Source: Octopus sinensis (lineage: Eukaryota). Taken from it: a stretch of 64,000 bases of DNA. The position numbers were made by a program, and so were the translations under genes. The notes beneath the pieces were generated by a model. The model saw only the letters and a program-made list of their open reading frames with translations. It was not told the origin of the DNA and did not search any database. Of the stretch, positions 51,535 through 64,000 are shown one piece after another (positions within the stretch are counted from its first letter, which is position 1; each line of letters opens with the position of its first letter). The DNA lies in NCBI RefSeq assembly GCF_006345805.1, contig NC_043005.1:69130001-69194000 (forward strand). The letters run 5' to 3'.

Positions 51535-51945
51535 GGCGCAGGAGTGGCTGTGTGGTAAGTAGCTTGCTTATAAACTACATGGTTCCGGGTTCAGTCCCAC
51601 TCTGTGGCACCTTGGGCAATTGTCTTCTACTATAGCCTCGGGCCGACCAAGTACTTGTGAGTGGATTTGGTAGATGGACCTGAAAGAAGCCCGTCGTATA
51701 TGTGTATATGTGTGTGTGTGTATATGTTTGTGTCTCTCTGTTTGCCCCCCCCCCAGCATCGCTTGACAACCGATGCTGGTGTTTTTACGTCCCCGTAACT
51801 TAATGGTTTGGCGAAAGTGACCGATAAAATAAGTACTAGGCTTACAAAGAATAAGTCTTGGGGTCGATTTGCTCGACTAAAGGCGGTGCTCCAGCATGGC
51901 CGCAGTCAAATGACTGAAACAAGTAAAAGAGTAAAAGAGTAAAGA
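51535..51945 (+). mobile_element. Full-length tRNA-derived CORE-like SINE family 2
   Basis: A box tggctgtgtgg, B box gggttcagtccc, ccttgggcaa motif, and tail gtgctccagcatggccgcagtcaaatgactgaaacaagtaaaagagtaaaagag. Confidence 0.92.
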
Positions 51946-53189
51946 GCATATGCTAATGACAGATATTTTGGTGAATGTTTACTGTCATTATAGTAAATAT
52001 TTTTTCCCGAAATAATTTTACACCCCCATAGTATTGATCACTGGAAATCGGAACTTCGTATTTTAGCTTATGAAAGTTTTAAAAAGGAAAATAGAAATGC
52101 ACTAAATTTTGTGTGAAGACAGAAATTGTCTGTAGGAATATCTTCAGTAGGAAAAGTAAATAGACTTTATATAAATGTGAAGATATCCCGCCACTTTCTG
52201 TCAATAAGTATATATCCGTGAATACATTAGAACATAAATACACGCATTGAATGACAACTATAACACAACGTACGTATGTACTGAATTTGAAGCAAACATT
52301 ACTTAATGACATATGCATACATATTTGCATGCAGTCACATGAGCTAACACACACTCTCATACACAAAACACATTCATGCAAAGCTTAATATATAGATTAT
52401 AATTATATTTCCTATTGTCATCATGTTTAAACTATCATTATATTTTATTATATTACGCATCTGAACAGGCGTTCATTTCATGCTTCTAGGGATATTCCCT
52501 GAGACGCTTCACGCAAAACCTATTTTTGCGCTATTCGCAATATATCTCCATTACTATTCTATTGTTGATTTCTGTAAATTGATTTCAAACAATATTTTAA
52601 TAAAACTGCGTTTATTAGAGCAATTATTTGCAAGTAAAGTGATCGTAATGCAATTTTCAATACTTTCGTCTCTCTTCCTCTGAATAATCGACATATTTCT
52701 GTGGCACTCTATATCTAGACAAAATATTTTTTGTTTAGATGTTCGCTTGCGATCTAATAAGACTGCACCTGTTTCTGGTGCATATATTTTATAATCGATC
52801 AGCTATGAACATCGATTTGTATCTGTATACTTTAAGACCTCTTACTATTGTATTTGTCGATGCACTTATTTCTTATATGATACGGAAGGACTGTTTTTAA
52901 ATAGGAAGAATATTTCGAAGGGCTGCGGTATCTTGGGATGAGTGAGTCGCTGCTGTTGATTTCAGTACTGATTGAGCTAAACGATAGTGCTAAACCACCG
53001 AAGTTACTTCGCTCATTTCTAATATCAAAACAGGATGGAAGTGAATGCTTGCCAACGTAGAAAAGTGTGAAAATAAATGTCACATAACAATCTCTAACTA
53101 GTTAGGTTATTCACTATCTATGAGATATATGTATATTCATGTTTACACTTTTCTGTCAGTGTGGAACGAGAAAGTAAAACAAAAATATG

Positions 53190-55000
53190 AAATGAAGAAA
53201 TTGTGTTGCTCATTCCATAATTAAAGTGATATGAATATCAAAGTTTGCTGAAGCTATGGACAATTGTTAGAAGTTTTCCTTTTATTAAGTATTCTAGCGA
53301 ACCTTTTCTAAGTCATCTTTAAATAGGAAATAATTTACAGTTTGTCCATAGCAACTGTAACCCATGGTAGTTAACAAGTTTGTTAGTGGGGTCACAACAA
53401 GGCAGTAAAATAAGGAGGGTCAATGATTTTCCTAGGGAAATCCCTCGTTTAATGGGTATTGGTCAGGTCTTCATGTCTTGTGATTTAATTCTCACAGTTA
53501 TGCTTGTCTTCCAGTTTGCAGTTTGCAATTGCACAGCTGATATATTATAATAATTTAGGATGTACTTTATATGTGTGGAGAGACTCCAGTTTCCATAAGA
53601 ACGGAACACTGTCGATCGTCTGGCAATCATTTGAAATCCTATTGAGAGTTGATTCTCTCTTTTTTACAGTCCCCTGTACTGGTTCAATGCACCAAAAGCT
53701 ACTCTTTATATCCATATATCAGTTTCTGGCATCCTGTTTGCTTTGGTAATCAATGTTGTTTTTCTGGTGTGTTACAAGCGGCCGGTTATAGATACCTGAT
53801 GTGACGGATTTATAGTTTGTTTGTAGGCATGTTATTGGCCTATATTTTTGTAGTTGTATGGTGTCTTTGTTTTTGGATATTTACATGGTTTTTTCCTTCC
53901 GGCATTCAGTTTGATGTTGATTCTGGCTTGCATATCATGAAGTTAAATGCTGTTGTTATGTGAATATGAGTACTGGTGAAGTGTTTAAACTAAAAGCAGT
54001 AAGCCATGTCTATCCATGGTATTTTTCAGTTACTGCTAGTCCTCAGTGTATCTGTAATCTTTTGGTTTGTAATGGTGAGTCATGCCTGTGGTGCTTTTTA
54101 CACTTCTTTTCCATTTCCCTGTTTATCTATTGAGCATTTTTGTTCTATTTCTATCTGCCCTACGTTAGTTCCCAGTATGACTGAAATTGAGACATTTTTG
54201 GCATATGGTCTTTTCATGAAAATGCCTTGTGTTTATTTCCAATTTTGCATCTTCTCAGAAGGAAAAGTTTACGTTTGTTATACCGTTGTTTGCGGCATGT
54301 TTTTGTTTTCATTTACTTCCCAGTAATTTTTTTTACTTCATATGGTGTACTCTTTTGTTAAATAGGTCTTCTTTTTATTTTTCATGGTGATCCTTCTTTC
54401 TTTAATTCACGAAGTAAGGATAAGTTTTCTTGTGCTTCTTAGTTTTGTTTATTATATTCTCTTTTAACTTTGGTATTTGGAGACTTGGCTGACTTTTCTC
54501 AATCAAGTCCAGTTTCTTTGCAGAATACATGAGGTTGTTAAGTCTGTCGATATCTACTGTATCTTTTGATGTGGCCATTGTTTTGTAGGATTCCATTGAA
54601 TATATTTGTTCTTTCACAGGCTTGTTTATTAATTTTGTTTTATAGTTTGGGAAGATGTTTACGTTGACTTGTATTTATAGACTTTGTGAAGTTTTCGTCT
54701 TCTATTTTTGTAGTTGTTTCAGTGAGTTCGTTCCGTGCAAGGGTTATAGTTGCTCTGGTATGGTTTGTGTAATTTGTTTTTTTTTTGCTGTTTTGTGTTT
54801 CAGCATCTACTTGTTTGAATATACATTTATGATCTGCTATGCTTTAATATAGACTGCTGATGCGGGTAGCTGTAAAGTAATTCTACTGTGGTTTAGCTTT
54901 TCATGTACTATGTCCATGGTAACCTCTGCTGTATTACTTTTTTTGTGGTGTCCTTTGTGTTTTGGGGGATATAATGTCTGATGTGCTATTTAATGTTTGA
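53190..55000 (-). mobile_element. Old decayed R4/Dong-type LINE (RT region)
   Basis: Minus strand: EGKTM*ISKNKDT..KYRPITCLQTNYKSVTS, WKTSITV, and PIPIKRGISLGKSLTLL (cf. IPIRRGIFQGDTLSPLL). Confidence 0.78.
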
Positions 55001-55037
55001 TTGTAGCCTAAATTATTGAATTCTCAGGTTTTTTTCC

Positions 55038-55268
55038 AGTGCGTGGCTTAGTGGTTAGGGTGTCAGCATCATAATCATAAGATTGTGGTTTCGATTCCTG
55101 GACCGGGAGACGCATTGTGTTCTTGAGCAAAACACTTCATTTCATGTAGCTCCAGTCCACTCAGCTGGTAAAAATGAGTAACGCTACGATGGACTGGCGT
55201 CCCGTCCAGCTGGGAGACACATACGCCATTGGAAGCGAGAAAACGGGTCCATGAGCCTGGTTAGACTT
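55038..55268 (+). mobile_element. tRNA-derived SINE family 3
   Basis: A box tggcttagtgg, B box gtttcgattcc, CORE-like tgtgttcttgagcaaaacactt, and central cgatggactggcgtcccgtccag. Confidence 0.85.
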
Positions 55269-56732
55269 TTTATTTTTATTATGTTTTCTACGAGCTTATC
55301 TATCTCGCTTTTGGGAACACTCTCTTCTAATCGAATGTTTCTTAAAATATTCTGTGTGATACGTTTCTTTATATTTTTATTATTTTCCTTCCATATATGT
55401 CTTTTATTCATTTTCGTTTTTGGTATAATGATGCAGTGTAGAATACATATATAATACTTCAATCAAATCGTCATCTGTCCCTTGTTCTATTTTAGTTTTC
55501 ATTTTTGCTTGGGGTGTAACATTATAAGATGTGTCTGTCTGTCTACCGCTAACTTTTTCACAGAACACCGTCTCTTGACGTGTGCTACGACTTCTTTCCA
55601 GTCGTAATTTCCTGGGACACAGATAGAAATTCACTATTTTTATTCTGTCACCAATATTTTAACTTTCAACCATATGTTCTCCGAATTTTTCGCGCGCTCT
55701 CTCATTTTAATTATATATACTCTTTTGGACACGTTCCTTAATCTTGTAAATACTCAATCTATAATTTATAATGCTCCCGTGCTTGTTGTAGTGATTTACT
55801 CATCCCCTTCTTTTAAATGTCATTGCCATAATTGTATCATTCTTTCTCTTGCTAGCGTACATCGTCTGCCATACATGCGTTATATACAAATGTCAATGTT
55901 CAAGGTAGTAGACAATAAACAATTGCAGTTTTAAACATGGGTTAAGTGATAGGTGATATGAATATTTACTGTCCAATCATCACCCTTATCTTCATCAGCA
56001 TCATCACCGCCATTATAGTTTTCGATATCAAAGTTCAGTAAAAATTGCTTGTGAAGGAATATACCATTTCATTTCAGTTCAGTTTTTTGTTTATATCTAC
56101 TTTTTTTTGTTTTCAATAAATATTTAATAAAATGAAAATGATTAAAGAAACGAAAAGAAAAACACCCACAGCTATTTTGCTGTTATTTCACTTGCACTGA
56201 ATAATGTATCTTTCTATGATGAGTTTATTATTCTAACCATTTCTTGTTCGGTCCCCCGATCAATGTAAATGTGTTTAGATAGAGAAATAGGTCGACAGAT
56301 AGAAGAAAAAAAAATGAATATCAAATTATTATTTTTTTTAGTACAATAATGTATGATGTTTAAAATTTCCCTCTGCTACGCACATGTTCTCTCTCTCGCT
56401 CTCTCTCTCTCCCTCTATCTCCCCTATCTCTCCCTCATCTTTCTCTTTCTCTCTCTCTCTTTTCCTCTTCTGCTCTCATTCTTTACTTTACCTTTCAAAT
56501 AATCACATGAGAACGTACCATATCTCGGCCTTAGTGTAGTAATATAAAATAGCGGCCATAATATTAGAGTCAGTAGGAACAGGTGTATTGAAATATTTAT
56601 TATAGAAGATTAACAAAAAGTTGAGGCTAGATAGTTTACACGTATTTAGATAGATCTTTCGGGAAAATTTCAAGTGATTAGAATAAATATTTCGTAAGTT
56701 ATGAGGAAAGAAACAAATAATTTTCCAAATTA

Positions 56733-58101
56733 CAGCGGTCAAAATTTATTGGTCACTTAGAAATAATAACAACTGAACGAGGTAGTTGTTCTTTAGGAGA
56801 TTGTTAATGGGCTAACAGCTATTTCTTATGATCGTATATTTTTGGAACATTCAACTGTTAAAATGGAGCCTTGTGAGAGACGACCGGTCTCGTGTGATTA
56901 AAAGCAAGTCGAATTTTGTGATAGAAACTACTATAGGAAGTTCTAGAAATGTTGTACAACGAATCGTAGCTCGTATTAAGTCATTATGATCGACAGCTGC
57001 TAAACCCAAAACTGCTATACCTCATGAAACGTCACCAAGACAGGATTGTATTATGATCAGAATGTTACTGAAGGATATGTTTAAGAGTGCTGCTGTGGTA
57101 TCTCGCGAGTTTAGCGTCACTTCCCATGTCAACATATCGAACAAATCAATTTATAAGAAGTTACGTGGTTCAGGGATGCTTGCTCTGATCTCCAGGAAGA
57201 ATCCGTTAGCTCGTCTTTGTTTCGATCACGAACATGTCTTTTGGACAGAAGTACAGTGGTTGCAGGTTCATTTTAGCGATGAATCGAAGTTTAATGTGAT
57301 TGGTTCCCATGACGGGATATACGTTCGATGAAGAAGTGGCGGAAGGTTATCTCCTGCATGTGTAAAGAAGTCAGTGAAGTATGGAGCAGGCAGTGTAATA
57401 TTATGGAGAGTAATATCTGCTGCTGGTCCTGTTCCACTTATTTGCCTACAAGGGACTGTCAATGCTGAAATCTACAAACAGATTTTTAACATGCCCTTCC
57501 ACATCTCTGATCCTCGTCAGTTCAACCTCCTATCTTCGTGCAGGAAAACGCTCCCTGTCACACTGCGGAGAGAGGTAAAAACTTTTTGAGTGACGAATGT
57601 GTTGAGCTCAATGACTGACCACCTCAAAGTCCCGATCTCAACTCTATAGAAAATGTTTGGAAGACTATTGAAGATGGAGCATAAACGAGAGATCTACAGA
57701 AACAAGATGAAATCGGGGAATTATTGAAAAGCGATTGGAAAATATTACTCAATCATTTTGCAACAAATTAATTCAGTTCTGTGGTAACACATGACCGGAG
57801 GTCATTGATAATAAAGAGATGATCACAAAATATTAATAGTAAGGTTTTTTTATTTATGTTCCATCTTACGTTGTTTTTCTGAGTGACACATAAAGTTTGG
57901 GCGTTGCAGTTGAAGATTATTTCTTTATTTCGTCATGCCTTACAAAATATTAATTCAATTCACTTGACATTTTCCCAAACGGTAGATAGCAGATATATCT
58001 ATAACTGTGTAAAATATCTAGTCTCAACGTTTTGTTAACCTTCTATAATAAATATTTCAATACACTTGTTCTTGTTGACCATTACATTGTGGCCGCCACA
58101 A
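56733..58101 (+). mobile_element. Decayed full-length Tc1 (DD34E-type) DNA transposon with degenerate TIRs
   Basis: WLQVHFSDESKFN, SVKYGAGSVILW, QENAPCHTA and PPQSPDLNSIENVW. TIRs ta-cagcggtcaaaatttattggtca and tgaccattacattgtggccgccaca-ata. Confidence 0.92.
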
Positions 58102-60042
58102 TATAATTTACTATTTTGTTTACAAATTACTGCTCTATTGTCATTAAACTAAAAAGAAAAGGCAAACAACTGCTGTAGAATAGTTGGTATTCAAATGCCA
58201 GACCAACTTTCATAGGTCTGTCATAAAATTACTGAAATATATACAAAGAAAATGCCAGAGAAATCCTTAGTATATATTGGGTGCACATGAGTCATGGTAA
58301 TTGTGCATTTTCCATATTTTGGTTTGTGAAGTATTGGCGATATAGATAAGCATGCATTTCCCCAAACTTCATAATCAGATGTTAAACAATATCGGTTAAC
58401 TAACAACAAAGTTTTGAAAGTATCAGTGGATTAAGATTTATTTTCTCATTAAAAAAATCAACTCTAACCGAACACACATTTTTTGGACAATATTTGCGAA
58501 CAGGTGTAAGTTATTCACATATTCTAACGTGTTGTCTAACGCCTATTTGAGCAAATGTAAGACCGAACAATTTTTCAATCACAAATTTTTTTCAATGATT
58601 TTTTACGACTGTTGTTATCATGTGAGAGAATTTGGCAATTATTTATAACAAGTTATGTGACCACGTACAATAATTCTATGCGATTATTGTAGCTATTCGA
58701 GTCATTGGAACAACCATCGATTTAAAATTAATATTCCATTTTTCACACTGCGACCGAATGTTTATTGGGTAGCAATATCGGCCTTGTAATACTTTCAAAT
58801 CATTAGTATATGATACCAAAGTTTAACAAAGAGTTTTCATTTACAGGGTGGAGATTATGTTGGATAAATTTAATTTACAGATGAAATGACTGGAATGTCA
58901 AAATTTTGTTTTATTTATTTCAACGTATTTAATTTTTGTCAGCGAATAATATTTTAATTACGTATCGATTTTCATAATGAAAATGGACTTCTGTCCAACA
59001 ACCGACAGGACATTAACATGTCAAACAAATATTGTGATTTGACATAGCTTGAGAGGTTAAATGAGAAATATGAAATAATATCTTGTTAAACAGGGGGCTA
59101 TTATATTCCATAACAATGGTATATAGAAATGAGGAGACAGCTACCAAGAAGAATTGAAAGCCAAATATAAAATCTATAGTTATATATTTTCAACAATTAA
59201 CGAGATAACTTATTGCAGCCGTAAATACCCATGTTATTTAGGTTACGAAGAACGGCAACAGCCCATGGGAACTTATTAAAACAATAAGTTACAGCTTGAG
59301 GACTACTAGTTATCTGATGTCAATGAAGAGCACACCGTTGCTTCCTTTTATCTGAATGGCATTTCGCTTTAAATGTAGAATTCAGAATGTTCAGATTCAT
59401 TACCACAAATAAGCCAAGTAGATTGTTTTCCATACGATTGCTCACAACTATCCAAGAAGTTTGAATATTTGTGGCAGAATTATACATACCTAATACGTTT
59501 AGATTCATTAGAATTTTATTAATGAACGATCAATTTGTTTTTATCTGTCACTTCTAATTTTTACTACATTTATCCCTAAACACATTTTTTAAATGATACC
59601 TTCACATTCAATATAGATTTGTTTTAGTCTTTTTCAATATTTTGTATAATTTATTTAATACCATAAAAACAAAATTTTCACAATATCATAAAATTTTACT
59701 TTATTATAAATTATAATGCCATTTTAAAAAATTCCAATAGCGAACAGTACAGCATATTATCCTTTTTATTTTTTATTTCTTTATTCTTTTCATGAAAATC
59801 TTATTTGTTTAAATGCAAAGAAAAAATGTACACATACGGAGCGATTATTTTCTACGTAAGGCAAAGTACAGGTTCATTATAAACCAGCATAAATGGTGAA
59901 ATGCCAATCCAATGCTCCAATTTCATTTTAATTTATTCTTTCAAACACAAGCGACCTTATATATGTATTTGTGTGTGTATGTGCGAAAGAGAGACAGAGA
60001 CAGAGAGAGACAGAGAGAGAGAGAAAGAAAGCGAGAGAGAAA

Positions 60043-60144
60043 GCATGCATTTATATCGACGCAGAGTACACAGAGCATACGCACCTATATCGACGCAAAG
60101 CAGACACAGCGCACGCATTTATATCGACGCAGAGCACACAAGCG
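60043..60144. repeat. Minisatellite, three units of about 33 bp
   Basis: Core gca..tatatcgacgca.ag.a.aca occurs three times. Confidence 0.8.
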
Positions 60145-60274
60145 TACTTAGACAGATTCACGTATAAATACATACACGATTACGTATTTGTCTTGCAAGA
60201 TATTTATATTGAAAAAGTTACTGTTATAGTTTAGGCAGGTCATGTTTTCCAATAAAACATACGCACTATGTATC

Positions 60275-60388
60275 CGGTACTTATTTCGTCAGTCCCTTTA
60301 CGTCAAACCGCTAACTTATAGGGACGTAAACGAACCAATAACGTTGGTCAGCCAATAACGTTGGTCAATCAATAACGTTGGTCAAACT
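60275..60388 (-). mobile_element. Internal fragment of SINE family 2 with a triplicated 16-mer
   Basis: gtacttatt..aaccgctaacttatagggacgtaaa is the reverse complement of about 51785-51837. caataacgttggtca occurs three times. Confidence 0.65.
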
Positions 60389-60451
60389 CTAAAATACAAA
60401 CAAAATCGCACCCACATAAATGCTCTCGCTTTCTCACGCAATATATATATA

Positions 60452-61524
60452 CTGGGCCATCCAATAATGCGTTTTTTGATATTTTTATTTTTAAAACTTA
60501 AGATAAACAAAGTTCGTTTTTAATCTAAAATATACTCTGCTTCACTTTCTACAATATTCTTCTATCTATCTGTTAGATATGCGAAACCCCCTCTTCCAAA
60601 TACACTTGTCCGTGACGAAATCTACTAAATATGATGGGGCTATGTCCGGCGAGTATGGTGGGTGGGGCATTGCTCTATGTAGCAAAGCATTATTAGCCTA
60701 ATAGAAGACCACCTTTCGTCTTGAAACCAAACATGGTCGGCTTTCTTCTAGCCGCTCAAAATCCTCGTAGTTGATCACCATTGCTATCGTTTGGTTTGGG
60801 TTTAAAAGTTGAAAGTAAATTAAACTTTTAATATCCCATTAAACAGGTTACAATAACTTACGTGGGTGAAGACGTTTTTAAGCCTGGGGTACCGGTGTTT
60901 CTCTTTTCCCAAACCACTGTTTTCGGCGCTTGATATTTCTCGTCATCCGTCACTACATTCGTGAGATCTGACAGGAAAGAAGAGCACGCAGTCACTCTCT
61001 GCCGTACAATTAAACGCGGAAAGTTTGTGAGGAACACATTTATCCAAGTTGCTGAAATTTTCGATGCAACACAGTAGTCGATGAATAGTTGAATAACGAA
61101 ATCCTAGATTCTATGTTAGTTCCTCAGCAGTTACGATGGGATTTTGTCCCACCAGGGTTTGCAGGACTTCCACGTCGACCTCTACAGACCTTCGAGGACG
61201 AGGCTAGTTATCTAAGCTGAAGTATCAATCTCGGAATTTCTGTAACTACCGTTGACCCTGCCTTACGTTTATTCTCCGATTCCCATTAAATGCATTAATA
61301 TTCGTCGCACTTTCCGTTGCGTTGTTGCCTTTCTTGAATATCCCGAATATGATCCTTTGCCATTTCCATTATAGCACTGAAGGAATGTTTGTTAAAATCG
61401 AAGTGCACACTTCAAATCTCGCACTTATTCATATTTTGGGGCCAGATGATGCAGGTAGATTATCCAGTTTCCTTCCGACTTTTAGTTCATGCAATTGAAA
61501 ACTCCGCTTTATTTATGGGATGAC

Positions 61525-61528
<4 letters not shown>
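60452..61528 (-). mobile_element. Decayed, internally deleted mariner transposon with TIRs, in (TA)n
   Basis: Minus strand: PRPRRSVEVD, VVTDDEK, WDIKSLIYFQLL and HPPYSPDIAPS. TIRs ctgggccatccaataatgcg and cgctttatttatgggatgacccaa, both abutting TA runs. Confidence 0.9.
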
Positions 61529-61593
<65 letters not shown>

Positions 61594-62252
61594 ATGTGTG
61601 TGTTTATTTGAGTGTACACAGACGCATGTATGCATAACATTTTCACTGACGGTTATGCGTGTTTATATATATATACATATAACGAGGCGCATGTATATAT
61701 TTACATATGCACGCACACACATAATTGGATATGCATATATATTATTATATTTGAGTCCATTGGCTATAAAACTGGCATATTCATTTCATGCTATTTTTAA
61801 CGATGTATAACAATTCATCAAAAACTAGAACTTAGTTATAGGGGAACCTTATTTATGACGAAAGAGAGAATTATCATATAATTCAACATCTTTGATAAAT
61901 GTTATTGCTGTGTTGTAAGTATTTCACTTGGTTTATTGCACTATGTATATATTTGTAAAACATTTAGTATATCTTGCATTTGTGTTCCATAGATTTATAA
62001 TGACATACTCACTACTACGACGGCAGTAAAAATTCAAATCGCCATAATGAAATATATTGCTTCCGAAATTCAATTAAATACTTGAATATATACGGAATAA
62101 TTTATACAGTTTAGTATTGATGCACTATAATATAGCGTTTACATTTGATATATTCTCAGAAGCGTTCACACAGACCAACGGTCATATAAATGCAGGTATA
62201 TAGACGCACTAGAACACGCTCACCTATACACGCATCAATACAGATATACAAA

Positions 62253-62310
<58 letters not shown>

Positions 62311-63199
62311 GGAGAGTATTGTGGTTAGTTTGAAGCATTGTCTATTGCTTGTAAACAATAATAAATAGTAATAACGTGTTTTGAATGGCTCAACAATGCA
62401 CTATAATAACCACAATGGACTATAATAACTGGTGTAATTTATTTCAGGAGGAACTGCTTTTACTGTATCAATAATCGCACTGTAATTCGAACACTATTCT
62501 TAATCCCATTTATATATATATATATATATATATATTGTAAAGACATTCATACATTAAAATGTAAATTATATATAAATGCATATACATAATACGTGTGGAA
62601 TTAATTCAACAGAAAGACCTTCATATGATCATTTGATGACGAGGCATTTAACACTGAATACTTCAACTGAATGCATGCATCGTCTTGGATGCTGGATCTT
62701 TGTTTCTGAGTGAAAACTTATACGTAAAGAATAGTTTCCGCTTCAGCAATGATTTATATATCAGAGAATACTTGATGAAAATTAACTCTTGTTCATTTAT
62801 TACAGGATCTTTTGTAAATGGGATTAAGAATAGTGTTCGAATTACAGTGCGATTATTGAGACAATAAAAGCAATTCCTTCTGAAATTGAATTACGCGAGG
62901 ATAATCAACGAAATAATATTTGTTGTTATTCATGAAATTCGATGTATTGTCTCGTACGTTTGAGGGGTGAATTTAGATTATATTCGCTGTATAAATATGT
63001 GTGTGTGGTATGTATGTCGGTAATGATACATGTATATACAGGTTGGGTTGTTCTGGCTAAATTTGACGATGATTTATGCCTCATTTGTTTCTCAGAGTGT
63101 GCTTGATGTATTGGTGAACAGACACTGGCATTGGAGATCATAAAAATTAAAGCTTTAGTTGAGAAAGCGTTAGCTTACATGGAATATTGGAAAAATAGC

Positions 63200-63560
63200 T
63201 AAGTTCAGCAAGTTTATTCGCGCCGGAGTCAACGCCAGACACAAGAGCGTGACGAAGATAGAAAAGCTTCTGATCAAGTCGAGGCATCCTACTGAGCCGG
63301 GGATTATCTGGTTCTTGTCGGATGAAAGAAACTTCTACCAGAATTGGCAAGTCTCTGTACACGGCATTCAGCTCAGACGGTTATGCAAGAGACTGCATTG
63401 AAAACCTGGTTGGAAAGTGTTGCCACTGGAGGATCATATGTGTGGCAGCAGAATTTAGGTTTTTGCCATACCTACGGATAGTGACCAAAGTGATTGTTGA
63501 AGAATTTCCTCAGCTTCACCTTTGCGAATTTCTGAATTTCTAATTTCCCCGTCTTGTAAT
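63200..63560 (+). mobile_element. Tc1/mariner (DD37D/maT-like) transposase relic
   Basis: KLLIKSRHPTEPGIIWFLSDERNFYQ, then LKTWLESVATGGSYVWQQNLGFCHT, followed by a decayed WPPNSPDCN-like stretch. Confidence 0.75.
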
Positions 63561-63664
63561 ATATATATTACCACTAAGTAATACACACTCACATACATAC
63601 ATGCGTACATACATACATGCGTACATACATACATGTGTACATACATACATACATACATACACAT

Positions 63665-63699
<35 letters not shown>

Positions 63700-63701
<2 letters not shown>

Positions 63702-63815
63702 CGACGGGATTCTTTCAGTTTCCGTCTACGAAATTCACGTACAAGGCTTTGGTCGAACCGAGGCTATAGTAGAAAACACGTGCCCAAAAATACACTCAGT
63801 GGGACTGAAGCGGAA
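63700..63815 (-). mobile_element. 5' fragment of SINE family 2
   Basis: acgacgggattctttcagtttccgtctac..gaggctatagtagaa..gtgggactgaa is the reverse complement of about 51590-51697. Confidence 0.8.
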
Positions 63816-63907
63816 TCGCCTCTCTCTCTCTCTCTCTCTTATGTATATTCATATATATATTATACATATGTACATATGTTATTATATGTATATATATATA
63901 TGCATGC

Positions 63908-63975
<68 letters not shown>

Positions 63976-64000
63976 TTTAGCAATTAAGGACAGCTTCTTA

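Noticed and set aside
55038-55110. tRNA-like sequences with A and B boxes (also at 51535 and 25485)
   Set aside because: They do not form a full cloverleaf and continue into SINE bodies, so they are SINE heads.
60335-60386. Three quasi-palindromic 16-mers that could suggest a CRISPR or operator array
   Set aside because: They have no spacers and lie inside a SINE fragment. The context is eukaryotic and there are no cas genes.

Overview
AT-rich, microsatellite-dense eukaryotic non-coding DNA, most consistent with an octopus (cephalopod) genome judging by its tRNA-derived SINE families (inference). I cannot support any intact host protein-coding gene, rRNA, tRNA gene or CRISPR array. Almost all listed ORFs are microsatellite artefacts or transposon fragments. 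The window is a transposon graveyard. It holds two co-oriented stacks of (AAT)n-associated R4/Dong-type LINEs from three or more families, two (CTAT)n-inserted Tx1/L1-like LINE ends, RTE and CR1/L2-type LINE ends, and a decayed Penelope-like element plus a second relic. It also holds three short (TA)n-flanked repeats with minimal hammerhead-ribozyme motifs, several Tc1/mariner relics, a candidate mini-Helitron and at least four SINE families. The most interesting signal is an apparent partition of microsatellites among elements: R4/Dong in AAT, Tx1 in CTAT, and hammerhead elements in TA. A LINE-SINE pair with a shared 3' tail also lies about 1.2 kb apart.
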